Translations under genes and position numbers: made by a program
Notes under the pieces: generated by a model
Databases searched by the model: none
What the model was told of the DNA's origin: nothing
Seen by the model: the letters and a program-made list of their open reading frames with translations, nothing else
In this document: one piece after another, positions 46,601 to 54,774 of the stretch
How the letters are laid out: the number at the start of each line of letters is the position of its first letter
Position numbering within the stretch: the first letter of the stretch is position 1
From: Pseudohongiellaceae bacterium
GTDB taxonomy: Bacteria > Pseudomonadota > Gammaproteobacteria > Pseudomonadales > Pseudohongiellaceae
Length of the DNA: 64,000 nt
Reading direction: 5' to 3'
Assembly: GCA_044338855.1 (NCBI GenBank)
Contig: JBIIWP010000002.1
Span: forward strand, 3,796 to 67,795

Positions 46601-48198
46601 TCGAGTGCAAAGTCTTCGTTCAACGAACCCACCACGATGTCCTCTGGATCGAGCACGACCTGGTAGTCGAACATGTCGGGGATGGCGCCGCCGTTGGTCA
46701 AGGCCATGAGGCGCGCGCCCTTGCGTGCCCGTACGCGTTCATTGATCTGGTCGTAGTGCACAAGCGTGCCGCTGCGGCCGCGCCGGGTGCTGTAGCCCTC
46801 TGCCAGCATGCGCACGATGGCCTCGAACTCGCTGCGCGTGAGATTACGATAGCTCCAGGAACGACTGACCCAGGCCCACAGTTCGTCCAGGCTGGCGTCG
46901 AGGCCCGCGTCTTCGAGACTGCCCAGCTCTGCCACAAGCTGCTGTGACAATATGTCGAGCGGTTTTTCCGGGATCACGATGCGATCCAGTTCGCCACGGC
47001 GGATGCTGTCGATCAGCGCCGTGCATTCCACCAGGTCATCGCGCGTGAGCGGAAACAGGATGCCTTTTGGAAGCCCGCCGACGAAGTGCCCGCTGCGGCC
47101 AACACGTTGGAGGAAGGCCGCAATGCGCTTGGGGGAGCTGAACTGTACTACGAGCTCCACGGCACCCACGTCGATACCCAGCTCCATAGACGCCGTGGCC
47201 ACGAGCACCTTGAGCTGACCGTGCTTGAGGCGCTGCTCGGCGTCGAAGCGCAGTTCCTTGCTCATGCTGCCGTGGTGCGAGCTGACATGTTCGGCGCCGA
47301 TGCGATTGGCCAGTGCCAGCCCCAGACGCTCAGCCAGACGCCGCGTGTTGACGAAGACCAGCGTAGTCCGATGCGCTTCGACCAGTTGCACCAAACGCTC
47401 GTATAGCTCATCCCAGACCTCATTGCTCATCAGTGCAGAGAGCGGTGAGCGGGGTACTTCAATTTTTATATCCAGCTGGCGGCGATGGCCGCTGTCGACG
47501 ATTACACAGTCATCGTCCCCATCGGGTCTGCCCACCAGGTACTGCGCGACGCGCTCGATGGGCTTCTGCGTGGCCGACAGACCGATACGCTGCAGGGGCT
47601 GCGGCAAGAGGTTCTGCAGGCGTTCCAGCGACAGCGACAGGTGTGCGCCGCGCTTGTCGCCGAGCAGGGCATGGATCTCGTCGATGATGACGCTGCGCAC
47701 CGTGGACAGCAGCTTGCGGCCGCCCTTGCTGGTCAGCAGCAGGTACAAGGACTCCGGCGTGGTGACGAGGATGTGCGGAGGACGCTTCACCATTTGCTGA
47801 CGTTGCTGCTGCGGGGTATCGCCGCTGCGCACGGCCACGCGGATGTCCACCGGCGGCAGGCCCAGCAGCTGCAATTCCTCGGCAATGCCGGCCAGTGGCA
47901 CGTTGAGGTTGCGCTGGATGTCGTTTCCCAGCGCCTTCAGCGGCGACACGTACAGTACCGTGGTCGCGTCAGGCAGACTGCCGCACTCAAGCCCCTGCTG
48001 CACCAGCTCATTGATCGCGACAAAGAAGGCGGCCAGGGTCTTGCCACTGCCAGTGGGCGCGGCGACCAGCGTGTGCTTGCCCGCCAGAATGGCGGGCCAG
48101 GCATCCAGCTGCGGCAGTGTGGGCTCACCCAGGGCGCGGGCAAACCACCCGCGGACAGCGGGATGGAAGCCCTGCAAGGGATCTAGCCTGGCGTTCAT
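43687..48198 (-). CDS. lhr: Lhr-type large ATP-dependent DNA helicase (~1503 aa)
   Basis: AAPTGSGKTLAAF Walker A, IIDEIHAL DExH box, and DEAD_assoc and Lhr C-terminal regions. ATG 48198 (MNARLDPLQGFHPAVRGWF) chosen; the 1702-aa ORF in the track has a 199-codon shadow extension. Confidence 0.88.
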   Translation of the reverse strand: MNARLDPLQGFHPAVRGWFARALGEPTLPQLDAWPAILAGKHTLVAAPTGSGKTLAAFFVAINELVQQGLECGSLPDATTVLYVSPLKALGNDIQRNLNVPLAGIAEELQLLGLPPVDIRVAVRSGDTPQQQRQQMVKRPPHILVTTPESLYLLLTSKGGRKLLSTVRSVIIDEIHALLGDKRGAHLSLSLERLQNLLPQPLQRIGLSATQKPIERVAQYLVGRPDGDDDCVIVDSGHRRQLDIKIEVPRSPLSALMSNEVWDELYERLVQLVEAHRTTLVFVNTRRLAERLGLALANRIGAEHVSSHHGSMSKELRFDAEQRLKHGQLKVLVATASMELGIDVGAVELVVQFSSPKRIAAFLQRVGRSGHFVGGLPKGILFPLTRDDLVECTALIDSIRRGELDRIVIPEKPLDILSQQLVAELGSLEDAGLDASLDELWAWVSRSWSYRNLTRSEFEAIVRMLAEGYSTRRGRSGTLVHYDQINERVRARKGARLMALTNGGAIPDMFDYQVVLDPEDIVVGSLNEDFALEAIPGDVFSLGNHSWRLLKIDGLKVRVADAQGQPPTLPFWIGEGPGRSRELSESVSRLRSELQLRFEVSLAAGQQWLQDEVRLDPGAAEQLAAYLFTGSRALNVMPTRDCLVMERFFDEVGDMHLVIHAPFGSRVNKAWGLALRKRFCRSFNFELQAAANEDSIVISLGSVHSFELAEVFRYLQSATVRDILVQALLDAPMFEVRWRWNASRALAVQRNRNGKRVPPQFQRMAAEDFVAQVFPDQLACLENISGPREVPQHPLVQQTINDCLSEAMDIEELEEIVRRIENNQVELVARDLREPSPFAQEIINARPYAFLDDAPFEERRTLAIRNRSWIDPAETEDFSALDITAIERVKEEAWPWVRSPDELHEALMLLGFMSDAEVQGNDGQPDVSPLLEPLLKQNRVTQARHGKLKLWIASERQPQFAALDGDWNFKPVVQLPEALAQQVWTHEAALVEIVRGRLEGLGPVRASVLGAPLGLSVSSTQQALLALEMEGFAFQGHYTPLTGATPDKTCTQQGGLQEKEWCERRLLQRIHRYTIDAHRESIKPVSLQVYMQYLFELHDIQAVGREALPAAVTAQTLARILQQLDGVTAPATAWEADILPARLPNYDPAWLDQLCISGQLCWGRILQPREHSGETRKSGPIKSTPLNLVARCNLDLWQLLASQEDVPSRRPDSSGTEAGASAKDAAGPAGLSSAALLVHGHLVQRGASFFTDLVRMCGLMSVQVEQALAELVSSGLVTSDNFTGLRALLTPDANKPKVGSHERRRAIYGIEDAGRWSLLNLPGTPDGNQLDDAQLERLVGIYLQRWGVLSRRVLEREQNAPPWRQLLLKLRRMELRGDIRGGRFIAGVGGEQFALADTVDALRRRHKFWQQEQERAGVQRSPVRIVLNATDPLNLLGTLLPEKRVPHLSGNRILFEDGVPVAVLEKDTARCLQPAHEENQWEYQQLLQRRHYPPRLRAYIGKT

Positions 48199-48354
48199 CT
48201 GACGGGTCCTGGCGTTAGTCCTGGCCCCGCGGTCATTGGCACAGCGCGGGGTGTTCAATGTGGAAAAATCGAGGAAAACCGGAACTCCCTGACGTGGTCC
48301 CGGACTTGCCGTTATAGTAGACCCATCCCCGCACCCCGACCAAGGCCCCGTTCC

Positions 48355-49815
48355 ATGCGCCTGAGCATCAAGTACAAGCTGTTCCTCGTGATCCTCTCGG
48401 CCCACTTCCTGATGTATCTGGCCATGTACAGTGCCGGTTACTACAACTTCCAGCGTGGCTTCCTCGACTACATCAGCCGCATCGAGGAGCGCCAGGTGCC
48501 GGCACTGGTGCAAGGACTTGAAGACTTCTACGAACGCACCGGCTCGTGGGATCCCTTGCGCCAGACCGGCGGCAAGTTCGCCGATCTCATCCGCGACAGC
48601 ATCGAGAGCTCCACCGACCCCCAACTGATCGCAATGCGACAGAACCGGCGTCCCACGCCAATCGCATTTTCGCCCAACGACTGGTACTACACCTCCGAAT
48701 ACAGCCCGGCACGCCCCTACCTGCACTTGCTGGACGCCGACCAGAGCATCCTGCTTGGCGATCCCGCAGCGTTCTCGCCGCTGGCCACACTGCATCCAGT
48801 CAACGTGCGTGGCTCGATCGTGGGCTATCTCGGTGTCACCAGCCGCCAGGAGCTGTCGGAACAGGCTGACCTGCTGTTTGCCCAGCAGCAGCAGAATTCC
48901 TTTTTCATGCTCGCCGTGTTCATGGTCTTTGTCTCGGCCCTCATCGCCTTCCCCGTGGCCATTTACCTGACCCGCCCGGTGATGGAAGTGGTAAAAGGCA
49001 CGCGCGCGCTTGCCAACGGTGACTATGCCTCCCGCATCCCGGTGCGCGGCTCCGACGAGCTAAGCCAATTGTCGAACGATTTCAACGTACTGGCCCAGAC
49101 CCTGGACCAGAACCGTACGGCGCGCCAGCAGTGGATTGCCGACATATCGCACGAGCTGCGCACGCCGCTGGCCATCCTTCAGGGCGAACTGGAATCCGTC
49201 CAGGACGGCATCCGCCCGATGAACCAGGACACGATGGAATCGCTGCACAACGAAGTAGTTCATCTCAATACGCTGGTGAACGACCTGCACGAACTGTCGC
49301 TGTCGGATCTCGGCGCGCTGGTCTACCAGAAGCAGACCATCGACGTCAGCGAGATCCTGGAGCAGGCCGTTGACATGCACCAGCAGATGGCTGCCAAGCA
49401 CCAACTGCGTTTGAACCTGCACATCCAGAGCCCGCACCCGAACGACGAGATCATGATGCTGGGCGATCCCAACCGCCTGCAGCAACTGTTCGACAACCTG
49501 CTCAGCAACGCCTGCCGCTACACCGATCCAGGCGGCGAAATCCAGGTATTCATGCGGGAGCAGAACGGCAATGTGGTCATCGAACACTTCGATTCAGCCC
49601 CGGGTGTCAGCGAGAACGACCTCGCGCACCTCTTCGAGCGCCTCTATCGCGTGGAAACCTCGCGTAATCGGGCCAAGGGTGGCTCAGGACTGGGCCTCAC
49701 CATTTGCCAGAACATCGTACAGGCGCACGAAGGCAGCATCGTGGCAGACCACTCTCCGCTGGGCGGACTCAAGCTCACCATCACGCTGCCGCGCCGCGTG
49801 AAACCGGTCGTATGA
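48355..49815 (+). CDS. Sensor histidine kinase (BaeS-like)
   Basis: Two TM segments, HAMP, H-box SHELRTPLAIL, N-box DNLLSNACRYT, G-box GSGLGLTICQNIV. Confidence 0.85.
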   Translation: MRLSIKYKLFLVILSAHFLMYLAMYSAGYYNFQRGFLDYISRIEERQVPALVQGLEDFYERTGSWDPLRQTGGKFADLIRDSIESSTDPQLIAMRQNRRPTPIAFSPNDWYYTSEYSPARPYLHLLDADQSILLGDPAAFSPLATLHPVNVRGSIVGYLGVTSRQELSEQADLLFAQQQQNSFFMLAVFMVFVSALIAFPVAIYLTRPVMEVVKGTRALANGDYASRIPVRGSDELSQLSNDFNVLAQTLDQNRTARQQWIADISHELRTPLAILQGELESVQDGIRPMNQDTMESLHNEVVHLNTLVNDLHELSLSDLGALVYQKQTIDVSEILEQAVDMHQQMAAKHQLRLNLHIQSPHPNDEIMMLGDPNRLQQLFDNLLSNACRYTDPGGEIQVFMREQNGNVVIEHFDSAPGVSENDLAHLFERLYRVETSRNRAKGGSGLGLTICQNIVQAHEGSIVADHSPLGGLKLTITLPRRVKPVV

Positions 49816-49893
49816 ACGCCCGGGGTGCGGATTTGCCGCAACCCGGAGCAATCAGTAGACTAGACGAGCAAAACCAAAGGAAAACCCAAGTCC

Positions 49894-50565
49894 ATGCCGC
49901 AACATATCCTGATTGTCGAAGATGAAGTGAAACTGGCCACGCTGCTGCAGGATTACCTGATACAGAGCGGCTTTGAGGCGACAGTCATCCACGACGGTTC
50001 GGAAGTGGAACCCTGGCTGGTGTCGCACCAACCCAGCCTGATCCTGCTGGACCTGATGCTGCCCGGCAAGAGCGGCATGGAGATCTGCAAGGAAATCCGC
50101 AAGACCTCGGCACTGCCGGTCATCATGATCACCGCCAAGGTGGACGAAATCGACCGTCTGCTGGGTCTGGAACTCGGTGCCGATGACTACATCTGCAAGC
50201 CTTTCAGCCCGCGTGAGGTAGTGGCACGTGTGCGCGCCGTGCTGCGTCGCAGCGAAGGCATGGACAAGCCCTCCGACAAAGGCCTCGTCCTCGACATCGA
50301 CACCTACAAGGCCACCATCAATGGCCAGGACCTGCACCTCACCGCCGTCGAGTTCCAGTTGCTCAAGGTACTGTCTGACCAGCCTGGCCGCATCTTTACG
50401 CGCAGCGTGCTGGTCGACAAGATCTACTCGGACGGCCGCGTGGTGAGCGACCGCACCATCGACAGTCACATCAAGAAACTGCGCAAGAAGATCGCTGTCC
50501 AGCTGCCCGACCAGGAGCTGATCCACTCGCTCTACGCAGTCGGCTACAAATTCGAGTGGCAGTAA
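49894..50565 (+). CDS. OmpR-family response regulator (BaeR-like)
   Basis: ILIVEDE...DLMLPG...ITAKVDEIDRLLGLELGADDYICKPFSPREVVARV, very close by eye to E. coli BaeR. Kinase-then-regulator order as in baeSR. Confidence 0.85.
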   Translation: MPQHILIVEDEVKLATLLQDYLIQSGFEATVIHDGSEVEPWLVSHQPSLILLDLMLPGKSGMEICKEIRKTSALPVIMITAKVDEIDRLLGLELGADDYICKPFSPREVVARVRAVLRRSEGMDKPSDKGLVLDIDTYKATINGQDLHLTAVEFQLLKVLSDQPGRIFTRSVLVDKIYSDGRVVSDRTIDSHIKKLRKKIAVQLPDQELIHSLYAVGYKFEWQ

Positions 50566-50588
50566 AGGCCAACGCTCCGGAGTACCCC

Positions 50589-51854
50589 ATGATCAAACGT
50601 CACCCTCCCCTGTCCGGCATGCTCCAACGGGGGCTCCTGCTGTGCCTGTTTGTCTTGCCGATCGGCTGCGCAACCACTGCGGCAGGACAGCCGGAAAACA
50701 CGGTTGCCGAAGCAAGCGTGGATTTCAGCACCTGGCTGGCCGATCTCAAAGCAGAAGCCCGTTCGAGCGGCATCAGTGACAGCACGGTTGAACTCGCTTT
50801 TGCCGATGTGACGAGCCCGTTGGACCGCGTGCTGGAACTCGACCGCAGCCAACCCGAGTTCATGCAGACCTTCTCAGGCTACATGCAAAACCGCATGAGC
50901 CAGCAGCGCATCGAGCGCGGCCGCCGTATGCTGGAAGAGCATGCAGAATTGTTTGCCCGCCTGCAGGCTGAATACGGCGTGCAGCCGCAGTACCTCGTGT
51001 CGTTCTGGGCGCTGGAAAGCAACTTCGGCGATTTCACCGGCGGCTTCTCGGTCGTGAACGCTCTGGCCACACTGGCCTGGAATCCGCGCCGCGCCGACTT
51101 CTTCCGTGCGGAATTGCTGGCTGCACTGCGCATCATCGACGACGGCCACATCGCTGCCGACCGCATGACCGGCTCCTGGGCCGGTGCCATGGGCCAGTGC
51201 CAGTTCATGCCGTCCACGTTCGCGTCCTATGCCAGAGACGGAGACGGCGACGGCAAGATTGATATCTGGGGCTCGGTACCGGACGTGATGACCTCGGCTG
51301 CAAACTACCTGTCGCGTGCGGGCTGGAAAGAAGGGGAGCGCTGGGGCCGCGAAGTGCTGCTGCCGCCCGGCTTCGATTTCGCCCTGTCGGGCACCGGCGT
51401 GCGCAAGAGCGTTACCGAATGGGATGCGCTGGGTGTGCGCCGCGCCGACGGCACGCCATTGGGCACTGCCGCGATGGAAGCCTCCGTGATCGTACCTGCA
51501 GGCGCGAACGGCCCGGCCTTCCTTGCCTATGACAACTTCCGTACCACGATGGTGTGGAACCGCTCCACGTTCTACGCCATCTCCGTGGGCCATCTGGCCG
51601 ACCGCTTCATGGGCGAACCCGACATCCAGCACATGCCGGCCACGGCAGAGCAGGCGCTGGCCCGCAACGACGTCATGGAAATGCAGGAGTTACTGAACCG
51701 TCTGGGTCATGACGTCGGCGAGCCCGACGGCATCCTCGGCACCCGCACACGCGAAGGGGTGCGACTGTTCCAGCTGGCGAACGACATTCCGGCAGACGGC
51801 TACGCATCGCACGACATGCTGCTCGCGCTGCGCGAGCAGTTGTCCACGCGCTGA
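50589..51854 (+). CDS. Lytic murein transglycosylase (MltB/SLT_2 family) with a C-terminal peptidoglycan-binding domain
   Basis: Lipobox LPIGC, then ALESNFG and GAMGQCQFMPSTF. C-terminal PG_binding_1-like segment LLNRLGHDVGEPDGILGTRTREGVRLFQ. Confidence 0.85.
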   Translation: MIKRHPPLSGMLQRGLLLCLFVLPIGCATTAAGQPENTVAEASVDFSTWLADLKAEARSSGISDSTVELAFADVTSPLDRVLELDRSQPEFMQTFSGYMQNRMSQQRIERGRRMLEEHAELFARLQAEYGVQPQYLVSFWALESNFGDFTGGFSVVNALATLAWNPRRADFFRAELLAALRIIDDGHIAADRMTGSWAGAMGQCQFMPSTFASYARDGDGDGKIDIWGSVPDVMTSAANYLSRAGWKEGERWGREVLLPPGFDFALSGTGVRKSVTEWDALGVRRADGTPLGTAAMEASVIVPAGANGPAFLAYDNFRTTMVWNRSTFYAISVGHLADRFMGEPDIQHMPATAEQALARNDVMEMQELLNRLGHDVGEPDGILGTRTREGVRLFQLANDIPADGYASHDMLLALREQLSTR

Positions 51855-51863
51855 GCCGACTGG

Positions 51864-52586
51864 CTACTCTGCGGCGCCTTCACCACTGGCATCGGCTTCA
51901 GCGCGGGCTATGAGATTGACCAGTTGGCTGACGGCACGCGGGGTGTTTACCGGCATGCCATTGATGTAGAGGCTGGGCGTAGCGCGCACACCGGCACGCG
52001 TGCCACCGCGCTGGTCGGCGACGATCTTGTCACGCACCTCGGGCAGTTCGGCATCGGCACGCAAGCGTTCCACATCCAGCCCCAGTTGCGCTGCCAGTGC
52101 CTCGATCACAGAAGCAGCGTTTTCAGTGCTGCTCCACAGCGCTTGTTCAGCATAAAGCAGGCTGTACATTTCCCAGAACTTGTCCTGACGCGCGGCTGCT
52201 TCAGCATAACGCGCGGCAAGAAACGCATGCTGGTGAGTATCCAGCGGGTAATGTCGGAACACGTACTGCACGCGCTCGCTGATCTGCCGCCAGGCGCGCG
52301 CCACCACGTCGGCCTCCTCCTTGCACGCGGGGCACTGGAAGTCGCCGTACACCACCATTGTGACCGGCGCCTCGCGGGAGCCCAGCACATGATCGGTGGC
52401 ACTCACTTGTCCTGGTGATGGCGCTGCCACACCGCGGCTGTAACCCTGGAAAAGCACGAACAGCACCAGTGGCACCAGCAGCAGGGCAGCGATCCTGAAT
52501 GCAATGCCGCCCAACTTCTGTTTGCGCTTCGCCTGTTCCTGCTTTTCTTCGCGGATGCGCCGCTGTTCTTCCTTCTTGCTGCTCAT
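51864..52586 (-). CDS. DsbA-family thiol:disulfide oxidoreductase, membrane-anchored
   Basis: Charged N-terminus MSSKKEEQRRIREEKQEQAKRKQK, one TM segment, and a thioredoxin fold with a CPAC active site. ATG 52586 chosen. Confidence 0.75.
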   Translation of the reverse strand: MSSKKEEQRRIREEKQEQAKRKQKLGGIAFRIAALLLVPLVLFVLFQGYSRGVAAPSPGQVSATDHVLGSREAPVTMVVYGDFQCPACKEEADVVARAWRQISERVQYVFRHYPLDTHQHAFLAARYAEAAARQDKFWEMYSLLYAEQALWSSTENAASVIEALAAQLGLDVERLRADAELPEVRDKIVADQRGGTRAGVRATPSLYINGMPVNTPRAVSQLVNLIARAEADASGEGAAE

Positions 52587-52803
52587 GGCACCAGCCTTGC
52601 TGTAGTTGTCGTATGCCGGGGCAGGATAAAGCAGGGTCCGGCAGGCGACAAGCGCCGCCCCGTTGCGGCAACCCGTGCAAACAAAAAGGTTCCAGTTGAA
52701 ACATTTCATCAAATTAAAAAGTTCGAGTAGTATTGGACTGCGCAAGGCAATCGCACGAGAAGATCCGGGTTTCTGGACCAAAGATGCACAGACAGTGCAA
52801 GCG

Positions 52804-52841
52804 ATAGCCCAAAAATAGACCAAAAATAGCCCCCAAAAAAA
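52804..52841. repeat. Phased A-tract triple repeat (ATAGnCC(n)AAAAA x3, ~11-bp period) upstream of the secreted-protein operon
   Basis: ATAGCCCAAAAATAGACCAAAAATAGCCCCCAAAAAAA. ATAG occurs at 52804, 52815 and 52826. The array lies 42-79 bp upstream of ATG 52883. Confidence 0.6.
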
Positions 52842-52882
52842 CAACTATCGCGCTCCAACAATCACTTCCAGAGGAGACCACT

Positions 52883-53263
52883 ATGCTTGCTCGTTTGCTG
52901 TTGCTTGCAGCCTTTCTAGGCTTGTCAGCCCCCTTGCTGGCCCAGACCGGCCATCCGGCCAAAGGATCCTGGTCCGGCGATCTTTTTGTCGGCGATTCCG
53001 ACAAATCCCGTGTGCGCTTGCTCATCGACGCCCGGAACGGCGAACTCAGCGGAACCGTCAATCCCGGGCGCAACGCTGCAGACATGAGCAGCATCGAACT
53101 CGATGCCGCCAGCTGGACCATGACCATCCGCGCTGTCCAACCCGACGGTGAATTGGTGCTGACCGGTACCTTGAGCAATCTCGGGTCCTGGAACAACCGC
53201 AAGTACATCGGGACCTGGACCAAGGGTGCAGAGAAAGGCACCTTCGACTTTACCCTGAATTGA
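52883..53263 (+). CDS. Small secreted protein, unknown function (126 aa)
   Basis: GAGGAG SD and signal peptide MLARLLLLAAFLGLSAPLLAQ. The beta-rich sequence ends in GTWTKGAEKGTFDFTLN. No family recognised. Confidence 0.7.
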   Translation: MLARLLLLAAFLGLSAPLLAQTGHPAKGSWSGDLFVGDSDKSRVRLLIDARNGELSGTVNPGRNAADMSSIELDAASWTMTIRAVQPDGELVLTGTLSNLGSWNNRKYIGTWTKGAEKGTFDFTLN

Positions 53264-53313
53264 ACCAACCCCAATTTTGTGCCCGGCACCAACCGGGATT
53301 GCGGAGAAACCAC

Positions 53314-53772
53314 ATGAGAAAGCCAACCGTATTTTCGAAACTGACCACCCTGGCATCCTTTGTCACGCTCGCTGGCGCCCTTGGCGCTTCCGTGCAGGCA
53401 CTGGCCCACCACTCCTTCGCCGCCGAATTCGATGGCAGCAAGCCCATCGAACTGCGTGGTGTCGTCACCAAGGTGGAATGGACCAATCCCCACACCTACT
53501 TCTTTATCGAAGTGGAGAATGATGCCGGCGAATATGAAGAGTGGGCCCTGGAGATGGGCAGCCCCAACGGCCTGATGCGCCGCGGCTGGACTCGCAACAC
53601 GCTGGAAATCGGCACCGACGTAATGATTCGCGGTACCCGCGCACGCGATGGCAGCTTCAAGGGCAACGCCACTACTGTAGTGCTCGTTGAAGGCTGCCAG
53701 CGTCTCTTTACTGGCACCAGCCAGGACGATTTCAAGGAATCGGATCAGCCGGAAGAAAAGTGCGAGTTCTGA
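53314..53772 (+). CDS. Secreted DUF6152-like protein (152 aa)
   Basis: GGAGA SD. The signal peptide ends in VQALA, and the predicted mature N-terminus is HHSFAAEFD...VEWTNPH. This resembles DUF6152 as I recall it. Confidence 0.65.
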   Translation: MRKPTVFSKLTTLASFVTLAGALGASVQALAHHSFAAEFDGSKPIELRGVVTKVEWTNPHTYFFIEVENDAGEYEEWALEMGSPNGLMRRGWTRNTLEIGTDVMIRGTRARDGSFKGNATTVVLVEGCQRLFTGTSQDDFKESDQPEEKCEF

Positions 53773-53812
53773 GCACGCCGCGGCCAACCATCAACGATCA
53801 GAGGGGATCAAC

Positions 53813-54601
53813 TTGAAAACCGCAATCAAACTGGCCTTACTGGCCACGACCCTGGCAGCAACGCATGCCATGGCACAAGCACCTGCAGCCGACCAGCCAC
53901 GCACGCCAACGCCACGCCTGGCCGACGGCACCGTGGATCTTGGCGGCGACGGCGTCTGGAATCAGCGCTGGATCACCGACTTTGCCCGCCAGATGCCCGG
54001 CTACAAGGACGGCGACCTGCCACCCATGCTGCCGTGGACGCTGGCAATGTACGAATACAACAAGGCCAACAGTGTGAAGTTCGACCCGCAGGGTTTCTGT
54101 CTGCCGCCGGGTGGCCCACGCGCAATGGGCACGCCGTATCCGTCGGAGATCCTCCAGGACGACGACCGTATCATCATCATTTTTGAGGGTGGCGGACACG
54201 TCTGGCGCGAGATTCACATGGACGGCCGTCCGCTGCCGCCGCTGGAAGAGCTTAACGAAACCTACTTCGGCTATTCCACTGGCCGCTGGGAAGGCGACAC
54301 TCTGGTGGTGGAAGCGCACGGCTTCAACGAAAAGACCTGGATCGACTTCGGCGGTCGTATGCACACCAACCAACTGAAGACCACCGAGTACTTCACGCGT
54401 CCCTATAAAGAAGTGCTGCACTACCGTGCCGTCATCGACGATCCCGGTGCCTATTCCGAACCATGGGAAGTCGAGTGGGACATCGCATGGGAGGAAGGCC
54501 AGGAGTTGCAGGATTACATCTGCCAGGAGAACAACCAGTTCATCATCGACCTGCATGACGACCTGGGGCAGCCCTTCTTCGGCAAGAGCAAGGGGCTCTG
54601 A
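53813..54601 (+). CDS. Secreted protein, unknown function (262 aa)
   Basis: TTG start 6 nt after GAGGGG. Signal peptide LKTAIKLALLATTLAATHAMA. Conserved-looking core GYSTGRWEGDTLVVEAHGFNEKTWID. No family recognised. Confidence 0.65.
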   Translation: MKTAIKLALLATTLAATHAMAQAPAADQPRTPTPRLADGTVDLGGDGVWNQRWITDFARQMPGYKDGDLPPMLPWTLAMYEYNKANSVKFDPQGFCLPPGGPRAMGTPYPSEILQDDDRIIIIFEGGGHVWREIHMDGRPLPPLEELNETYFGYSTGRWEGDTLVVEAHGFNEKTWIDFGGRMHTNQLKTTEYFTRPYKEVLHYRAVIDDPGAYSEPWEVEWDIAWEEGQELQDYICQENNQFIIDLHDDLGQPFFGKSKGL

Positions 54602-54633
54602 TCCTCGCCCGGCGACAAGACCTGCAAACAATA

Positions 54634-54659
54634 AGCCCGGCTCTGCCGGGCTTTTTTTT
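54634..54659 (+). terminator. Rho-independent terminator of the secreted-protein operon
   Basis: AGCCCGG-CTCTG-CCGGGCT followed by T8. Confidence 0.8.
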
Positions 54660-54665
54660 GACTCC

Positions 54666-54774
54666 GTAGGGGCGGGCCCCCGCGCCCGCCCGTGTCTGGG
54701 CGTCAATCGAACCACGGGCGGGCGCGGGGCAAGAGTCAATCGCACCACGGGCGGGCGCGGGGGCCCGCCCCTAC
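54666..54774. repeat. REP cluster (same family as 32015-32078), with two GTCAATCGnACCACGGGCGGGCGCGG modules flanked by inverted GTAGGGGCGGGC arms
   Basis: Direct sequence comparison with 32015-32078. The arms are GTAGGGGCGGGCCCCCGCGCCCGCCC ... GGGCGGGCGCGGGGGCCCGCCCCTAC. Confidence 0.85.

Noticed and set aside
48199-48795. 199-codon N-terminal extension of the 1702-aa ORF covering lhr
   Set aside because: The extension runs antisense through the 5' end of the histidine-kinase gene and has no helicase-like sequence. The conserved Lhr N-terminus (LDPLQGFHPAVRGWF...APTGSGKT) begins right after ATG 48198.
52714-53787. 357-aa minus-strand ORF across the secreted-protein genes
   Set aside because: It has no motifs and an odd composition. 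The plus-strand genes have SD sequences, signal peptides and a terminator.
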